In this document: positions 61,240 through 64,000 of the stretch, piece after piece
Numbering within the stretch: position 1 is the stretch's first letter
Layout: every line of letters begins with the position of its first letter
Sequence record: MN850621.1
Reading direction: 5' to 3' (one strand)
Length of the DNA stretch: 64,000 nucleotides
DNA from: Escherichia phage dhabil
Position numbers and translations under genes: made by a program
Notes under the pieces: generated by a model
Database searches by the model: none
Told to the model about the DNA's origin: nothing
The model's input: the letters and a program-made list of their open reading frames with translations, nothing else

Positions 61240-63300
61240 TTACCCTTGGATGAATTTTTCTGGGATGTCATAGAGGTCTATGCATGAAGCCAAAAGAGGC
61301 AGTACGTCAAACCGTGTAGATTTAACAAATGAATCAAAAGATACAGGGCTTTCGGAAGTATCGAAGTCATCTTGGTATACAACCAATTCACCAGTTTCCA
61401 TTAGTACATCACCATCATATACCACTGACTCTTGAAGCTCATCTGTTGTCATAACTTCAGCTTGAATGAGTTTTGTATTGTTGGATATTATACCGTCATT
61501 ATTGGATGCATCTGTTATTTTATTAATTTTTACCATTAGTCCACGCGGGAGAATGATTTCAGCTTCAGTAGCAATGCCAAGTTGCCCAGGGAATACTACG
61601 TTAACCTTAGAAGCCCCATCAATAGCCCAACCAACTTTAACCAACTTGTCGCCGGAACCTTGGACCTTAGTATAACCTTCATCATTTTTATCTACGGTAA
61701 GTTCGGCTCTAACTTCAGGCTCTAAAAGACCCACACCCGCATGAGTAACACCAAAACGGCCGAAAATAATAGGAGTCAGTGAAGTGGATACAAAGTTTCT
61801 AAAATAGAATACTTTATTTTTGACTAAAGCATTATATATGGCCCACGTCATACTCTGTGCACGATAAACAGTAATGCCTTCAGGTAATCTATCACCGTTT
61901 TCAAAAGCAGAATCCAAATTATTAACTGCAGATTCGATATCTTTTTCGCTCATAACCTCATAGTTCTGAGGATTATATCGTCCTAAAAGAAGGTTATTGA
62001 TATCGCCATATCCGGAGCCACAATATTCACGAATACCACGTTTTTGAGAAGGGGTGTATTTATCTGCACTATGACCTAAAGTAATATCAACCATAATACC
62101 ACCACCTACACCAGCAAAACTATACACACGTTTTTTAATGAACTTGGTCTTGGCTGCTTTCCACTTGGACTCGGTTAATTCATTCCAGACGTCATCAGGC
62201 TGACCTTTACGAGTTTTGTTATGCTTAGCCAGCCATTCACCTTTGTATTCTTCGAAAACGGTATTAATAACAGAGGCATATTTTTCTAGAGCTTTAACAG
62301 ATGTCAAAGGTTCGTTTTTGATGGCCGTAAGGATTCTCTCTTTAATTTTCTCTTGGATTTCACCTATACCGTGAAGAGGAAACATTTTATAATCGTAATG
62401 CAACTCTTCAGCAGTGCCTTCAGCTACTATATTAGCAACCTTATTTTTAGCCGCAGGAGAATTGTTATTAGTAACCATTTCTTGGGCATCAGGGATTAAT
62501 GGAGCTGTTGCCGGTTTATTAAAATCAGCGGCAGTGGCTTCATATTTCTTAAACAGTTCACTTTCATTACGATAGGATTCTAAAGACTGGCTTGCTGCAA
62601 TAGCGCGACGAGAAATCTTAGTCTTGGTTATAACCATTTTATCAGTGCGACGTTCTTCAACTTTAGCAATACTGCCGGTAATAGCAGTTTCTTTAGTAAC
62701 CTGCAGGCCTTCTTTTTTAGAAATATAAACTTCACCAACATCAGAATCTACCTTAGTATACAATTCGGCATTAATTCCAGGCATACCTTTGATATCTTCG
62801 ATATCAGCTTGTTTACGAACTACTAGGATATAAGTATGTTTACCGGTAAATTGGTACATAGCCGGAACTACTTTAAAACGTCCACCGGTTTTCTGTGCTA
62901 CCAAACGTTGGATAATCCGTTGGACAATAGGTCCTTGCCCTTTCATTTTCTTGGTTGGAAAACGGAACATCACAGCATCCATACGAAGCTTTTTAACTTG
63001 TTCGAATACTACGTCGAAAATGGTATTAATAGCATCAATAGGAGTAGGGCCTAAGCCACCTTTAAGTTCGGCCGGAGAACCTTTAGCTGAAAGGCTCATA
63101 AGGATAACATGGGCGTATTTATCACCTAATTTAACCTGTTTAATAGCATCGCCTTCAGAGGCATAAGATACCATACGGGCCACTAATTGGGATTCGGCGT
63201 CGCCAATCTTCCAAATCTGCGGTACTTTAAGTTTTGGGTTTAAGTTTACAGTAGGCAGGGTGCCTTCGGACTCAAACACCTCATTCAATTGTTCGGTCAT
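61240..63300 (-). CDS. alt: Alt-like ADP-ribosyltransferase, paralog 2 (686 aa)
   Basis: N-terminal 230 aa closely parallel paralog 1 (LVARMVSYAS.GDAIK.VK.GDKY.HVILMSLS.KG.PAELKGGLG); motifs YRAQ, FVSTSL, TEAEIILPRG. Confidence 0.75.
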   Translation of the reverse strand: MTEQLNEVFESEGTLPTVNLNPKLKVPQIWKIGDAESQLVARMVSYASEGDAIKQVKLGDKYAHVILMSLSAKGSPAELKGGLGPTPIDAINTIFDVVFEQVKKLRMDAVMFRFPTKKMKGQGPIVQRIIQRLVAQKTGGRFKVVPAMYQFTGKHTYILVVRKQADIEDIKGMPGINAELYTKVDSDVGEVYISKKEGLQVTKETAITGSIAKVEERRTDKMVITKTKISRRAIAASQSLESYRNESELFKKYEATAADFNKPATAPLIPDAQEMVTNNNSPAAKNKVANIVAEGTAEELHYDYKMFPLHGIGEIQEKIKERILTAIKNEPLTSVKALEKYASVINTVFEEYKGEWLAKHNKTRKGQPDDVWNELTESKWKAAKTKFIKKRVYSFAGVGGGIMVDITLGHSADKYTPSQKRGIREYCGSGYGDINNLLLGRYNPQNYEVMSEKDIESAVNNLDSAFENGDRLPEGITVYRAQSMTWAIYNALVKNKVFYFRNFVSTSLTPIIFGRFGVTHAGVGLLEPEVRAELTVDKNDEGYTKVQGSGDKLVKVGWAIDGASKVNVVFPGQLGIATEAEIILPRGLMVKINKITDASNNDGIISNNTKLIQAEVMTTDELQESVVYDGDVLMETGELVVYQDDFDTSESPVSFDSFVKSTRFDVLPLLASCIDLYDIPEKFIQG

Positions 63301-63319
63301 AATAATTCCTCTTTAATAA

Positions 63320-63350
63320 CCGTATTTATGCCATAAAAGGCCCGAAGGCC
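63320..63350 (-). promoter_or_regulatory. terminator hairpin (AAGGCC-TTCG-GGCCTT + TTTAT) followed by near-consensus late promoter CATAAATA
   Basis: Minus sense AAGGCCTTCGGGCCTTTTATGGCATAAATAC directly upstream of alt paralog 2. Confidence 0.4.
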
Positions 63351-63521
63351 TTAAAGTGGTAGCAACGTACGATATACTTCGAATGTCGGGCCTTTTTCAT
63401 AGCCATCAAACACGTCTTTAAAATCGGCAAAAGCTATTTCATCCTCAAACTCTAGGATGATTTGAGAGGCCGCGGTGGTATTTGTATTTGTTACAACAAT
63501 TGTTTCTAAATAAGCTTTCAT
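63351..63521 (-). CDS. small hypothetical protein (about 56 aa from MKAYLET)
   Basis: ATG at 63519-63521 lies 1 nt after the ligase stop codon; the longer track ORF would overlap the ligase 3' end. Confidence 0.4.
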   Translation of the reverse strand: MKAYLETIVVTNTNTTAASQIILEFEDEIAFADFKDVFDGYEKGPTFEVYRTLLPL

Positions 63522-63522
63522 A

Positions 63523-64000
63523 TTATAGTCCAGTTTGAGACCAATCACCAAATACATCTTCAAATGTATCAGCTTCTGTTTTATCGAAACGCCAACCTTT
63601 AATAATTGGAAGGAAAATACCTACAGTATCTGTACGTCCTTTAGAATGAACCCAACCATTACATTCACAGTCAGCAATACGTCCAATCAACTTACCTTCA
63701 CGAGCTTGTTTCATAAGAAGTTCACGGTCTAAATCAGGACGGTCTTCCAATGGAATCAATACCTTTTTACCTGATTTATCTTTCTTATGGGTAGTATCTT
63801 TAAAGCCTGAACCACAGTCGGATGTAATTCGACGACACCGCGATACTAGCTCGACACCACCAAGTTTGTTAGGGTCCTTCGAGTGTTCATAATAACCCAC
63901 CACTTCTAAAGCGATATCAATTACTTCTTTGAACTTGATAAGATTCTTAGAACGGCGGTTTTCCCAGTAGGAGTCCATGTTCTTAAGGATAATACCTTCC
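63523..64000 (-). CDS. 30: DNA ligase, C-terminal portion (gene continues beyond window end)
   Basis: EGIILKN.D..WEN.RSKNL.KFKEVID...ECNGW..S.GRTD...FLPI...R.DKT.A.TFEDVFGD matches recalled T4 DNA ligase C-terminus; frame stays open to position 64000. Confidence 0.9.
   Translation of the reverse strand, partial: EGIILKNMDSYWENRRSKNLIKFKEVIDIALEVVGYYEHSKDPNKLGGVELVSRCRRITSDCGSGFKDTTHKKDKSGKKVLIPLEDRPDLDRELLMKQAREGKLIGRIADCECNGWVHSKGRTDTVGIFLPIIKGWRFDKTEADTFEDVFGDWSQTGL

Overview
This window is a contiguous segment of a T4-like (T-even, Tevenvirinae-type) myovirus genome, with no integrase, CRISPR array or host genes visible. Coordinates 1-10534 are a minus-strand early/'hyperplastic' region: small uncharacterised ORFs, three capsid-targeted internal proteins, a 3-tRNA cluster with a candidate small stable RNA, then 57B, 57A, 1, 3, an inserted HNH endonuclease, 2 and 4. 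Coordinates 10581-42693 are the plus-strand late structural block in canonical T4 order (53, 5, 5.1, 5.4, 6-12, wac, 13-24), with exact TATAAATA late promoters and GC-hairpin terminators. Coordinates 42720-64000 hold rnlB, an inserted two-gene plus-strand module, hoc, inh, uvsW, uvsY, 25, 26, 51, 27, 28, 29, 48, 54, two tandem alt paralogs and the 3' end of DNA ligase gene 30. Assignments rest on my recall of T4 protein sequences, motifs and synteny; no database search was run. The most unusual content is (i) five tandem paralogous small acidic ORFs (151-1395) sharing a C-terminal W-x-S-S-x-C tail, (ii) a collagen-like protein with two carbohydrate-binding-like inserts followed by a Hoc paralog (44124-46505), (iii) tandem gp24 and tandem alt paralogs, and (iv) an HNH endonuclease between genes 3 and 2.
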